DNA of 64,000 nucleotides from Leidyana gryllorum EB-2025a (GCA_048772705.1 JBLWGC010000092.1:62001-126000); one strand, 5' to 3'. Positions 1 through 12,165 are shown, counted from the first letter of the stretch. The notes: generated from the letters alone by a model not told the origin. Made by a program: numbers and translations.

Positions 1-134
1 CGGAGGTCGCATTGGATGTGCTCCCGGACTCAGTGTCTGTCGAGGACCTTTCTGAAGGTGGCAGAGTAGCCGGAAGCTCCCCTGACGTCGGGACCCACAA
101 GACGTATTGCACCTTATTTATTTGATCATCTGCG

Positions 135-387
135 TCATCGATTGCTGAGGATTCGTTGGTGTTGGTGAGCGGCTGCATTGACAATGGCGGCTGATGAGGG
201 GGGTGGTACAACAGGACTGGCTCTCTTGGGTTTGGGGGGGAGTTGTCGCTCCAAATCTCGAATGGGCACCTTTGGGCGTCCAAGTACTTTCCAGTACCGC
301 GAACTAATGATCATTGATACTTTCTCTATAACTATATCTCGCTTACGGTCGTGGTTTTTCGGGGTTCTTTGGTGGGGGTTCACTCAT
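135..387 (-). CDS. Small Pro/Lys-rich hypothetical protein (~69 aa, 2 exons)
   Basis: ATG at 387 and a GTAAG...TAG intron at 346-304 join MSEPPPKNPEKPRP in frame to SRYWKVLGRPKVPIRDLERQLPPKPKR...; no recognisable family. Confidence 0.3.
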
Positions 388-443
388 AAGCGCATGCTCG
401 TGAGAGATTTCAAAAGGTGTGGAAATAACGTGTATGTGCTCGC

Positions 444-1342
444 TCACTCGACTTCGCCCAAATAGTCTTTGATTTCTTCCGTAGAGAGTAATCTGAACTT
501 GGTATCCGGTCCCACAATACCAATCTCGATCGTGGTCTCCGTCAGCGCCCCCTCGAAAGATTCTTTCAGCGTCCGAATTGCCGTGTGAATCGCGTCATCG
601 AGCTCGGCGTTCTCCTGGAACCTGTGGGAAATCCGCATCCAGAGTCAGAAACTCCTAGTCTGCACTCACCTGCGCTCTAAGAAGGTCTTGGCATTCTGCA
701 TTTCACGACCTATGGCGGTAGCCTTCCACCCAAAGTAAGCGCCAGAAGGATCCACTTGATATAGTCGGGGGCCTTCATCGTCATATCCTGCGACCAGCAA
801 GGAACAGCCGAAAGGTCTCACACCTCCAGACTGGGTGAACTCCTGTAATGTATTTGCCAGCACCTTCACGAGTTGTAGTGTCGGAATAGGCTCTCCATAC
901 ATCTTTTCATACATTAAAGCTTCCTTCCGTGCCATGGACAAGATAACTCGGAAATCAGCTGGCATTCCCGCGTACGAGCACCCAATATGGCCGCAGATCG
1001 ACTCCACTTTCGCCAGAGACTTCTCGTCGATTGTCGTGGACCCTAACTTCTTTTCAGCAGCAATGACAACCCCATCACGGGCCTGAAATAGAAGGTTTAA
1101 AACACCATCAGGATGACAACGAGATGGTTTACACATCGAACGGAAGCTGTCGCTGTGGAGATAACGAGAGGGGGACGATCAGCTCACACCACCGTTGAGA
1201 TGCAGACACACGTGTGTAGTCTTACTTTGATGCCCAGAGCGGGCCGCCCTTGTCGGTTGACGGCATTCAAAGCATATTCGATCTGCACAAGCTTGCCAGT
1301 GGGACTGAAAGTGGTTAGACTAAAGCTGTAATCGTCACCCAT
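444..1342 (-). CDS. PSMA2: 20S proteasome subunit alpha type-2 (3 exons)
   Basis: Exon 1 (1342-1226) reads [28 protein letters not shown], the proteasome alpha signature; exon 2 has [22 protein letters not shown]...[19 protein letters not shown]; introns 1225-1083 and 669-622. Confidence 0.96.
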
Positions 1343-1432
1343 GACGGATCAGATACGAAATTTTTACTAAGAGGTGAGACTGGAGTGGCATGTTGGTCCC
1401 ATGCAGGAAGCTACAAAATAACATCTATCACT

Positions 1433-2670
1433 CTAATACACCATCATGGACCCGTCAGTAGACCGTGGTTTGATGACCTTCTGCCAATTCTGCGCCAGGT
1501 TTATATAACTATTGTGTGTGTATATGAGCCCAAACGTACCTTGTGTAGCATATCGTATACAATGGCGTAGTTGTTTCGAGTGTCCATGTTGGTTATCTTC
1601 ATCTGGAACCATTGCTTCTCGTCGAACTCGCGCAGAGCTACACGATAATCTTCCACATTGGGGTACTTGATGACTTTGGTCACCAGCTTGGCCCTGAATT
1701 GTGTTCAAAATCAATTTCAGTAGCTGGATTCTTGCACTCACCGATGCGTAAAGTATTTGGAGATGTTATCGCGCAACGCGAAAGCAGCGTCCTCAACTCT
1801 GCTAAGCTCGGAAATGACGTCCTCCTGGATAGCGACACCAAAGTTGTTGCCATCCTCAATTTTGGGTATGTTCAATTGAATCCACAATTTGACGGACGCG
1901 ACAACCTCAAGCAACTCTGAGGCGTCGTTCTTGACGGACTGAATCTTGTCAGCGACGGCCTTGTTGATCGGCACGTTTGCAGTGTAAATATACTCGCTCA
2001 ACTTCATTGTTTTGCCTTCAGCTTGCTGCTCTCCAGTGCGCATGGCAGTGTCCGTCTGCAGAAAGGGAATCGATAGTAAAGCTGGGAGGAGGTTGATAGG
2101 ACCTACCCGGAAACGTTTGCCATTAGCGTTCCGAAGCTCCTCGTCGTCGGCTACCAGATCGCATTGGGGCACCTTATAGTAGTCACACTCCGGAAAGTCC
2201 GTCACGCTGGTCACGAAGCCTGGGGCAGCTTCGATAGGCTGCAGAAAGAAAGGAATGAGAAGAGGGAAGTAGTATGATGAACAGACGAATGACGAAGGGC
2301 ACGCACACACACATTCACGCAGGAAGCCCGGAGTGCCATTATCTCGCAATGTAGATATTGATACACACCCACACCCAACCGCCGGCCGATTAAGGCCTTC
2401 TGACACGCAATAGGCACTCTCAAGGGGTGAAGATCTCGCGATCTGGTAGGTTGACACTCTCATTTGTGGAGAAGCAGGACTGACCTGCTCTGCATTGTAC
2501 TTCCTGATTCTGTCTGGGATCACTTCAGTCAAAATGAGAAGAGCTTTCTTTGTGACATTTTTTTTGAACTCTTCGTAGTTGGCCTGCAGTGCCTTGTCGG
2601 AGGCTTCGAGCTGCTTTGGCAAGAGGCTCGCAAGATTGCGATCCAGGGCCGATAGTCCTCCAGGGTTCAT
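1433..2670 (-). CDS. PA28: Proteasome activator PA28 (11S regulator), multi-exon
   Basis: Activation loop KLWIQLNIPKIEDGNNFGVAIQE, then AKLVTKVIKYPNVEDYR and C-terminal NWQKVIKPRS...MMVY*. Confidence 0.93.
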
Positions 2671-2797
2671 GGTTGTCAAGACAGTCGGTCTGTGACTGTA
2701 GAAATAATTTTTGGGGTTTGCGGTTTTGTCATTTTTAGGATTGATTATATAGAAAAGGCTACATTTGTGTCTACGCGGTCAGTGGCATTGAAGGGTA

Positions 2798-5700
2798 TCA
2801 GTCTCCGTTAGGGCGGCCGAGGTCGGGGGCGCTGCCAGTGCTTTGAAAGGAGGCGCCTAGGGTGCCGCGGAGTGCGTTGGAGAAGAGGCGACTGGTAGTG
2901 ACAAGGGTGGCTCGGGGGCCTTGTTCCGGCGGGCGTTGCTCTTCCGGTTCGTTTCGAGGCTTCCGGTTGCGCCCAGAACGGTTGACGGGTCTGCTCGAGG
3001 CGACCACAGCTTTGCGTTTCGCGGCGGCCTCGACGCGTGCCCGCCGCTTCTGCTTAGACGAGACAGGTTCGGGTGGCGGCTGAGTGTCCGTTTGCTTGTC
3101 CTCAACCGTAATAGATGCAGCGGCGGGCTCCACCAAAGCTCGCTTTGACGGAGGAATATATAGCTCCTGCTCATCGCGTTTACCGCGCAGGAGTGTTCGG
3201 GAGTCAGGGAAAGAACAAGCCCGTCTCACCGCAATGGGTGACGCGGCCGGACTGGTGGTCACGGCTTCGTGATGCAGCCGCTCAATGGCGTGACTCAGAA
3301 GAGCGGTGGCTTTGGTAAACTCGCCTGCCAGCACGTGATCGGTTCTCGGCGGGATTGTGCTTTTAGACGACGACGACGCCTCAGAGGGAGGAGGTGGCGG
3401 GGAGGAGGGAGGCACTACTTGGGGAGGGGCCGCGACCACTGATTCACTGGTGTCACTCTCGGATCCAGCGTGTTTGTGCGTACGCTCTGATCTCTTGAGG
3501 TGCTTGACCCACCTCTGCCACGCCAAACGAATGACTTCTTGTGTACGCTCTGGCAATTTCGTTTGGAAAACACCCGCCTCAGCGTCGTACTCAGCAGACT
3601 CCCCCAATGATTCCAGATCCTCACCCTCCACGTTGCACGGATGGCACTTAGGAACCGCAGGTTGGAAAGGCTCGTTGAATGTGCGATTATACCAAGGCGC
3701 TTCTTGCAGCGTATCGTGCAGAGCCTCCAGATATGCCAGCTCGTCAGATTCCAGAAAGTAAACCTCGTTGGCCAATAAACCTTCGTTTCCAGCACCCACG
3801 GACTCGTCCACCACCCAACCTTTGAGTCGGCATACGAAATTACAAGGACTGAAAAGCACATCAATTGGTGAACAGTTGTCCCGTGATCGCACGGGCAGCA
3901 GTAAAGAAGGCATCGCTGTACGACCAGTGCTCTCCCACTCGGCAACCTGAGCCCTTCGAGCGGAATTGCTCGTCCAGGTCGCGGGCCAACCGGTCGGAGG
4001 CAGGTGGTCGATGAAATACCGAGACCACCAATCGTCAGTACTCTCGTCGTAACACGTGGTCGTCGTGGTGCTGTCGAGTGGCCGCATCTGTTGTTGTGTG
4101 TCAATTTCAGCCTCTGACACGGCCGGTGGCACGTGGAAGGCGCGTTGATTGTGGTGCTGCATATGTTGCGAACCACTGCGGGACGTGCGATGGGCTCGAT
4201 TATTCTCGCCTGTTAGGCTGGTTGACGAAGGGGGGGGGAGGTAAGTGCGAGTGTCACCCGCCGCAGTGGATGTCGGGTGCTGGCTGTGAGGATTTGACGG
4301 CGTCTTCGGACGTACCACATTGAGGTATTCCTCTGGACGGACGATTTGGTGGAGCGTTCCGTGCAGAATTGACCTAACATCCCGGCGGGAGAGGAATTCG
4401 CGCGTCCACCAAGTGCTCCAATCTGGGCATATCGAAGTGATTCTCAAGACGTGAAGTCGCTGATTTAATAAGACGACGGCCAAATCGGACTTGGGACGGG
4501 AGCAGCACCCGCAGAATGGACGGAAGACGTGATATTCGAGGCCTCGAGCAGAGACAGCTGAACTCTCCCAGCGCTGATCAATTTTGTTGGGGGGGCCGGA
4601 ACAACGACGCCGTTGTTCCTGACGAGCTAATTGCTCCTCCAGCTGGCGCAGACGATCGGCACAACCAGGTATGACGAAGCGGCTCGAATAGCTTTCTTCG
4701 AAGAGAAACGCTAGATGCTGCCGGAATTGCTGGGCAATGAATTCCTGTGCACTTTGGGAAGGAGCAGCACCCGTAGAAGGGAGAAGAGGATTTAATTCCG
4801 CTGAAGCCAAACTCTTCACGCGTGTGGTGGTATCGCGCATGAACCTCATCAGTTTCGACAAGACTCGGGATCCACGCTTCAACTCCAAGATGTAAACCAG
4901 CCACGTCGCTGCGCTTATCTTTGCTGCCAAATCAGTTGGGCCGCCCGGCTCGAATTGCGACGCAGACGTGTGTCCCATCGCTGCCTCGTTGGTCCCGACC
5001 CACCGGACCGAGAGGTTGAAAGCAGAGTCTGGGATTGAGCTCGGGTCCTCCACGGAGACAACTTCGTCCCAGACTCCGTGGTGGTTGGGCAGTGAGGCCA
5101 CACGCTCAGCCACTTCCACGTCATTCTTCTCGATGCACTGTGCCCTCGATATAGTGATTGTGCGCGTCAAGGCTCTGCGGTGCCCACACAATCGGAAGAA
5201 GCGGTACAGGGCGCCGAACACCGGTGCCTCACGGTCGCAAGCAGCGAGCATGTCTTCAGCATTCTCCGAACTCAGCGTTAGGAAATTCTGCAGGGGACAA
5301 GTGCCGTAAAATACCACGAGGATCATCCACACGATCCCGGGCAACCCTCCTTCACGCATCGTCGGCAGCCGTCGAGCTTTCGCCCAGTACTTCAGCATAC
5401 GCATTAGCGGCCGCAGCGATAAATTGTGCTCAATCACGCTTTTGAAATACGTTGTATGCCGGATAGAGTTCAGCGTGTTAACCGATATGTCACACAAAAT
5501 CCCCGAAGGAGTCGTCATCGACAAAAGTGGTACTCGGGCCGAGTCTACCACCTGCACATGGGATTCTCTGCAAACGCTCGAGTCGTCAAGGAATCTCAAT
5601 AAAACACAAGTTCTCCAACGAAATCACCGAACACCGCACCCAACCCTCTCCATTGTCACGCAGAAAGTGACAAGAAGAGTCCGGGTGAGCCTCGGTTCCG

Positions 5701-6209
5701 TCGCGGAGACCTGTTTTGGGATGTTGCACTCACCGAAGGAGCCAGGGAAGGGGAGAAGGTTGCATGCTGATCAGCTGCTGGCGTGTATGCTCGATATTCT
5801 GAAGCATCCACAGGGGTTGGCCAGTGTTGGTGAGAAGGACAATGTCAAGGTCGGAACCGTAGGTATCGGCTTCGTATGCGGTGGAGCCCACCACGGACAT
5901 GGAGATGCGCTGACCGTAGCCCAAGAAGCAGAAGTCCGCGAAGCTGTTGAAGAGGTCTCGCTTGCCCTTACTCTCGGCCTCGGTGGGCATGATACGCTTG
6001 ACATACAGATCCAGGGTGGCTTTGAGTTGGGCAATGAGCCCAGCTCGGAAGACCCCGGGCAGCTCGTGGACTAGTTGGTCAGTCGAGGTGTAGTGCGTGG
6101 GGGCGGACTCGACCACACGCCCAGCGGTGGCTTGGGCCACCACCACCGGACGTGCTACCAAGCCAGGGAAGATATAGCAGGGGCGAAAGGCTTGAGGGGT
6201 GACCTTCAT
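2798..6209 (-). CDS. Non-canonical poly(A) polymerase / terminal uridylyltransferase (Cid1/Trf4-like) with long C-terminal extension
   Basis: Pol-beta NTase motif VVGSTAYEADTYGSDLDIV; ARVPLL..CDISVN (third Asp); LKYWAKARRL...GGLPG; PAP-associated-like SVEDP; intron near 5733-5596. Confidence 0.85.
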
Positions 6210-6565
6210 CACTAAGTTGCCCTCGGGCGGAGGAACCAGTCTAAGGGGGAGCGTTCGGTGGGTGGCAGCATCCGACGCGCGGTGGCGGGCTGATGCGGTT
6301 CAAAAATTCTCGCTGAGACAATGATGCGACCCACCTGGCGGATCAGTAGCAGGCCTGTTCAGAAGCGAAGAAACATGAGGACCTGGAGCGTCACTTGTAG
6401 CGCTTCTCTGTTGCGGCAACCGCAACGAACCAGCCTCAGAACCATCAACACTCATCGCACATTGCTCCACAACAATGTAAGGGGAGGGAAAAAGCAGTCG
6501 AGCCACACCCAACTCCAACTGCTAAACTTTATGTAAATCGTATCCCCAAGCTCAGTTGCACACCC

Positions 6566-7929
6566 CTAACCCCGATTCACATCCTTGTTTCCACTACCTC
6601 TCGGGTTCTCGTCCTTCCAATCATCCCACTGTCGCGCCTTCAACTACGCACAGAAGAACATCAACAGTCCGTCCATGTCCGTCGTGTCACAACGTACCTC
6701 GTTCGCCTCGTCAGACTCACACATACTCGGACAGTCTGTGTGCTCACAGTCCTCCTTTTCACACCACTCCTTCACAGTTCGCTTCTGCCGCGCTCCCAAC
6801 TCGTGAACCTCCATCGCCAGATCGGCTTCTGCAGCTTCCCGAAGGCTGATACTCGGCAAAACTGCACAACCAGTATTCTTCCCCGCCAACTGACGTCAAG
6901 TACTCACTGTGCCCTGGCTGAAAGATGCGGCTCGTGTACAGCTTGCGCAGCTCCGCGCTGTTTCGCTAAAGAAAGCGAGAAACGCTTATTTATGGCCCAG
7001 GTACAACCCACGGAACAACTCACGATTTTAAGTATGAACGGCCGTGACAGCACCTTCCCTTCGCCATCCAGGCGCAGCCCGTCAGACGAGTCGTCCTCAT
7101 TGCTTTTTCCCTGCCCCTCTGCTCCATGACGCTGGGCACTGAATCGTGCCAGCAGAGGCAACTCCTGCACCAAGAGCTCCATATTCGTCACTGCCTCCCC
7201 TATCGCTCGTGCTAGAAACTTAATCCAATACGAACGCCCTTCTTCATTGTCCTCCAGTTTCCACCCCTCACTCATCAACAACTAAAGAGCGGCACACGCC
7301 AACCTTTGAGCTCACCCAATTCGTGGGCAATCCTGACTCACCTCTAACTCAGCGTCCAGCTCCTTACGCACAGCGTTACGCGCTATGATCTGGTTACGCC
7401 GATTCGAGGCTCGCTCAAATTCGGTAGCGCCCTCGTCCTTCTCCCGATTAACGGCCTTTTCGAAAGCGTCAGCTAAACCTCTGAAATCAGAGTCTTCTCG
7501 CGCTAAATTCGTGACTTCATACACGAACAATGAGTAATGTAACTATCAGCAAGTCAGCCAACCGAGCACGAAAGCGGAAGTGGATACCTTGGCCGCTAGT
7601 AGATTTGAGTGGCGAGATTCGATCCCGGGTAAGCCCTCCAGACATTTTGCCGTCACGAAACTAAGCAACAGCAGTGGCAAACTTGTGGTCGGGACGTCGG
7701 AGAGCAGTTCATTGGAACTGAAAAGATATAGGCTTTGTACTTGGTCTGTTATTCAATTCATATGTCAACAAATGTGATGCCAAAACACCATTGCGATACC
7801 TTGTAACACTTTGCACTTCTCAAAAATGGCTTGCTTGGACTCTGTCCGAGTACTAGTCTTGGGGACAAAAGTGTACTCGTCTCCGAATTGCCCAAGCAGT
7901 TCCAGGCACTGACTGACCGCGGTGGTCAT
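6566..7929 (-). CDS. TAP42: TAP42/alpha4 (IGBP1) PP2A-family phosphatase regulator, multi-exon
   Basis: Spliced C-terminus RIFQPGH..LPSISLREAAE and KARQWDDWKDENPRGSGNKDVNRG* match the TAP42 family signature; the start codon is less certain. Confidence 0.88.
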
Positions 7930-7936
7930 ACTATAA

Positions 7937-8719
7937 TTATTTGTAATATCGACCACCACACTTGGGTCGCTTCTCCAAGTATCCTTCAATCGCTTTCAAA
8001 GTGTCAATCCAATTGGTTACTACACACACATTGGTGACATCGTACGGATACGCCGGAGGCACCGCCTCATATGCTTGAAACCAGACTGCCAATTTGACAA
8101 CCTACGAGTGCCCATTGTCCCACAGAGTTCTCTCTATTCGGCCACGCTTACTGGTTGCACACGTTTAATCTGGGATTTTTGATCATCTACGAATATATCG
8201 GTCAACGAGTTCTCGCATATGGCTGCTTTATCCTCCACTCCGCAGTAGATGTGCCCACGATCCAATATATCGTGGGCTTTATGCGCAGCCATATAGTTTG
8301 TAATGAGTTTCCGATCGTTTCCTGCAGAGACCAAAAGGAAACGGCATCCGCGCCGTTTCAATCTACGGCAAACATCGGACCAATCCTCGAACGGGGCTGT
8401 TTGCATTCGGAGAGAATTGAATCCACAACCTGCATCATGTCGTCATAACAGGAAAGCATTACTACATCGATACATACGTCGGCGGATGAGATCCAGTTGT
8501 CCACTTTTCGCAAAGTTACGCCACTCTGTTTTCACCTCGTCCAGCGAAAGCTGACTACCATAGTGCAATGCGAGGCACTGTTGCTTGACTGAGAAAATCG
8601 CCTGATGACCCCCAAAACCTATCTGTAAGTCGCCTACCTTTGAGGAGCGGGAGTATTGTATCGTCGAAGTCGAGAGCCACTCGTACAGGCCAGATCACAC
8701 AGGCCAAGACTGGCCGCAT
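7937..8719 (-). CDS. HAD-superfamily phosphatase, 5'(3')-deoxyribonucleotidase (NT5C)-like, multi-exon
   Basis: Motif I RVALDFDDTI, motif II LLVSA, motif III/IV EDK...DIFVDD; last exon (from 8101) VVKLAVWF...VVTNWIDTLKAI...YYK*. Confidence 0.7.
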
Positions 8720-8907
8720 CGACGCATTGGGCCTCGCCTGTACGCCAAAAAAAAATTGGTTGTGCCACTTGTGGCCCACCACACCACCGATCCTGATGAA
8801 GGTTCTTTGACCCACTACTTCGGCTGATTGGATGTCTGAGCGAGTTCCAGCATTATGCACATTGCTCCGGAAATCTATAGGAGACGCGCGCACGTGTGTG
8901 CTTCATC

Positions 8908-9165
8908 ATGATGTTCATCAAGCCAACATTCTTGTTCTTCTGTCTGTTCACTGGAATGTCTTATGCGGAGGTGAGAAAGATACAGCTTGTATTCAACGGT
9001 TCTCAGAATGACGCTGCAGCTGAAGATCCTCGCCTGGCTACGATCCAAGCTCTTGCAAAAATGCTGGTTCGATTGATGCGCCAAGTAAGATGTTTCCTCT
9101 TCCACTCTCAAGCATTTGCGTAGCTGGACGAAACAATGGCCATTGAACTGAGTACTCCGGCCTAG
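8908..9165 (+). CDS. Small putative secreted protein (~72 aa, 2 exons)
   Basis: Signal-peptide-like MMFIKPTFLFFCLFTGMSYA; intron 9085-9123 (GTAAG...TAG) continues in frame to LDETMAIELSTPA*. Confidence 0.5.
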
Positions 9166-9210
9166 TCTAGAAAGTATGTCCAGCAATATATGTGTCTGGC
9201 ACTTGATGAT

Positions 9211-10251
9211 CTAGGGTGCCAGGCTTGGCACAGGAGGCCGTTGTTTGCCATAGGCAGTATACCAACTTATGTATTTTGCCATGGAGAGGGAGGGGGTTGG
9301 GGATTGATGGTCAGGGGAATGATCGCCTGGGGTCAAGCGGCGCGGAGCGGAATTACAATGGTCCGGGGGTCGTCGAGGCCGTCGCGCAGGACTGCATGGT
9401 GTGGACAAAGCGGCCCGTGTCGATACCCCGGAAGGAACTGGGGCGATGGGATTCTGCAAGGACATAGGTTTCCCCGGGATATCAGAAGACTCGTCAGCTA
9501 CCCCGCTGATCGCTCGGTAGTGATTTGTCATCAGTGAAGCTCCGAGTTGGCGCAACCGCTGAACATTTGCTTGAGCTGTGCCTGGATGAGGCGCGGGCGG
9601 AGAAGGCGATTGACTGGCTGGCGAGAAAAAGATAGGAGGCGGCGAGTTCGCCAGATGTTGCACCGCCGGACTCGAGGTAGTCAAAGCGGAAAATCTTGGA
9701 GACAATTCGTTGGTGGTCTGATCCTGTTCGCACAGCTGAGACGTCAGAGTATTCTCCAACGCCACCAGTTGATTCATGAATCCTATATTAGGACATATAC
9801 ATGGACGGAGGGTTATGACCCGTAGGAAAGCCTCTCGCAGCGTCATGTGCTGAGGCCATGTGCATTTTTCATTGCATTGGCTTTTACTCACCTGAACTCG
9901 CATCAGATAGGCGATGACAATAGTAGCGGACCGGGATACACCCGAACGGCAGTGAACCAAAACCCCTCCGTTCGGATTGCTGATGTGCTTGTCAATGAAA
10001 TGCACTGCTTCGTCCAAATGAGCCAGAATCTGCTCAGCGCTGATGTCTTCAACATCTATCCGCCACTGCTCGACGCCTGGCAAGTCTAAATCCTGAGCGT
10101 ACGCTGAATGTATATTGCGGCGGCTGCTCACTCCGAAGTCGAAAGTGCTGCAGCACGATATGACGCCCGTGATGCATTTCTCCCTGAGGAACCGCGTATC
10201 GGAGGCATCCTTCAGGTCCCCGAGGTACAGGCGGCCCAAGATTTCGGACAT
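9211..10251 (-). CDS. Dual-specificity protein phosphatase
   Basis: LYLGDL, VLVHCRSGVSRSATIVIAYLM catalytic loop, RPCICPNIGFMNQL; probable in-frame 42-nt intron near 9890. Confidence 0.92.
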   Translation of the reverse strand: MSEILGRLYLGDLKDASDTRFLREKCITGVISCCSTFDFGVSSRRNIHSAYAQDLDLPGVEQWRIDVEDISAEQILAHLDEAVHFIDKHISNPNGGVLVHCRSGVSRSATIVIAYLMRVQVSKSQCNEKCTWPQHMTLREAFLRVITLRPCICPNIGFMNQLVALENTLTSQLCEQDQTTNELSPRFSALTTSSPAVQHLANSPPPIFFSPASQSPSPPAPHPGTAQANVQRLRQLGASLMTNHYRAISGVADESSDIPGKPMSLQNPIAPVPSGVSTRAALSTPCSPARRPRRPPDHCNSAPRRLTPGDHSPDHQSPTPSLSMAKYISWYTAYGKQRPPVPSLAP

Positions 10252-10366
10252 CGTTCTTGACGTTTATTATAGAAAGGCGTCTGTTATTGTTTCAAGTCAC
10301 TTATCACTCATCGAATAATCCATCACAGAAGCCATTGATCACGCCAATCTCTCTGTCTTTGCTCGC

Positions 10367-10739
10367 TTACTGTCCCAATCGACCGCCGGCTGCACTACAC
10401 GCCCCAAAACGCTCGGCGGTACGCATTATCAACATCAGATCCTCATACAAACCGTTTGTTTTCTTCCTCAGAAGGTCCCAAGACGTTGCCCGCACAGTTC
10501 TGCGAGAAGGAGTAAGAGAGGGGCTTTACCTACTGAACCTACATGATCAAGGCTCCCGCTGAGTCGATAGTTAGCTCCTTCTCAGCCTTATTCATGTGCT
10601 GTTTTATCTCATCATCCACAGACAAGATAGCCCGCACATCTTCCGCTAGACTTGCTGAGCCCAAAGCCAAACGAAGGGTACTACAAAATAGTCTATTAAG
10701 CCCAGGTTCAGCAGCTTACTGTGCGTAACGCAACCCCAT
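10367..10739 (-). CDS. PCC1: KEOPS/EKC complex subunit Pcc1 (LAGE3-like), 3 exons, 96 aa
   Basis: Exons 10739-10720, 10680-10543 and 10499-10367 splice to MGLRYAHTLRLALGSASLAEDVRAILSVDDEIK...ELTIDSAGALIITVRATSWDLLRKKTNGLYEDLMLIMRTAERFG..., matching the Pcc1/LAGE3 pattern, which ends in RTMQRFG. Confidence 0.75.
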
Positions 10740-11043
10740 AGAGAGACAGGGACTGTCAAGGACGTAAAAAAGTTACTTGCAACTTACAGGGTCCACCGAC
10801 TCCAATTAACTTGATCTTACTTAATTCACTTCTTACGGAGCGTTGTATTAGCTAGCTTTGGTCTTTCACCGTAATACGGTATATATCTTTGTGGTGAGTG
10901 ATCGATCTGACCGGCCGGTGTGGTGCGTGCGCGCGAAACCCGGAGACACCTGTTCAACAACACACTGAATACCTTCGATGTGTTTTGCAGTTTCCCGCCC
11001 TTATTGACTCAATATTGATCTTCTATTATCACCTGCCCTAAGC

Positions 11044-12165
11044 ATGGCTGCCTGTCCGATGACTGTTGATGCGTCCTTGCCCACCAACAACCTGGAATCG
11101 AGCCACGAAGGGCTCAAGCGACGGAAGATGGACTCAGACCCTGCTTCACCCACCTCGTGGGCGAACTTCAACCTGTCTGGTGAGATCAGGAATGTAGACA
11201 TGATTATCTCAGTGTCAGCTCGTGAAGATTGGAAGAAGTTTTCGTTCCTCAACGACGAGATTTGTCACCTAAATGCTACCGAGAAAGCCCCTAGCCGTGA
11301 CGATCTAAACTATTCCCAAGCATGGTTCTCGCACTACAGACGTCGTGAGCACATCTTCAAGCCCTGGAACCCCACCTTGGGTCCCATGACCGTCGAATGG
11401 GAATGGCTTCGGATCCGCGCAATCCAATCTTACTGGCGTGCAACCAAGAATTTCCGAATTAGTCCGATCACCATCCATTTGGCGGTATATCTGCTGAACC
11501 GCATGTTGTTCGTCTTGCGTCGGAAGGATGAAAACGCCCAGTTCACCCGCGATCGCTTTGCTGGTATCGTTGCTGTTGCTTTCCGTACAGCACTCAAGTT
11601 CGAGGAACGGCCAGAAGCTCTCTGGAGTATCCGCAAGATTTGGGAGGTACTCCCCATGTTCGATAGCTGGACAATCGACCGAAGCGAGGCTACCCTAATG
11701 AAGATCGAGTCGGAAGTGTTGCGTGCCACAGATGACTGCCTTGACGTCCCGCTCGCAGTACAGTTCTTCGATAAGTTCATTATCGTCGGCGGTTGGCCTG
11801 AGGACCTGATCAAGGACTACACTGCATTGGGACACTTCCTGATAGCACTTTCCACGTTTGCTGGCGGCGAGAACCATCCTTTGTCTAACATCGCACCCTC
11901 CAAGCTGGCGGCCGCTACGGTTGTTCTGTCAGTCAAGATCGTCAACAATGATTCTCGGAGAGGCTACGAGTTCTTTCCAAAGCGGTTTGAAGCTTTCACT
12001 GAGTGTAGCTTGAAAGAGTTGCAGGGCGCGATCAAGGGTCTGTCCGCCATGTTGCGTCGTCGTCCGGATGAGGTGAGTATTGGAGAGTAGCCGGTGTCAT
12101 ATTACTTTCAGGCCCGCGTGCTTGGGCGTATTTACCCCGAATGGGGTGAGCACGAGTGGATGTGA
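11044..12165 (+). CDS. Cyclin (cyclin box plus C-terminal fold)
   Basis: FRISPITIHLAVYLLNR, ALKFEE, KIESEVLRAT..L.VP.AVQF, PSKLAAA and FTECSLKEL follow A/B-type cyclin helices; intron 12073-12111. Confidence 0.82.
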
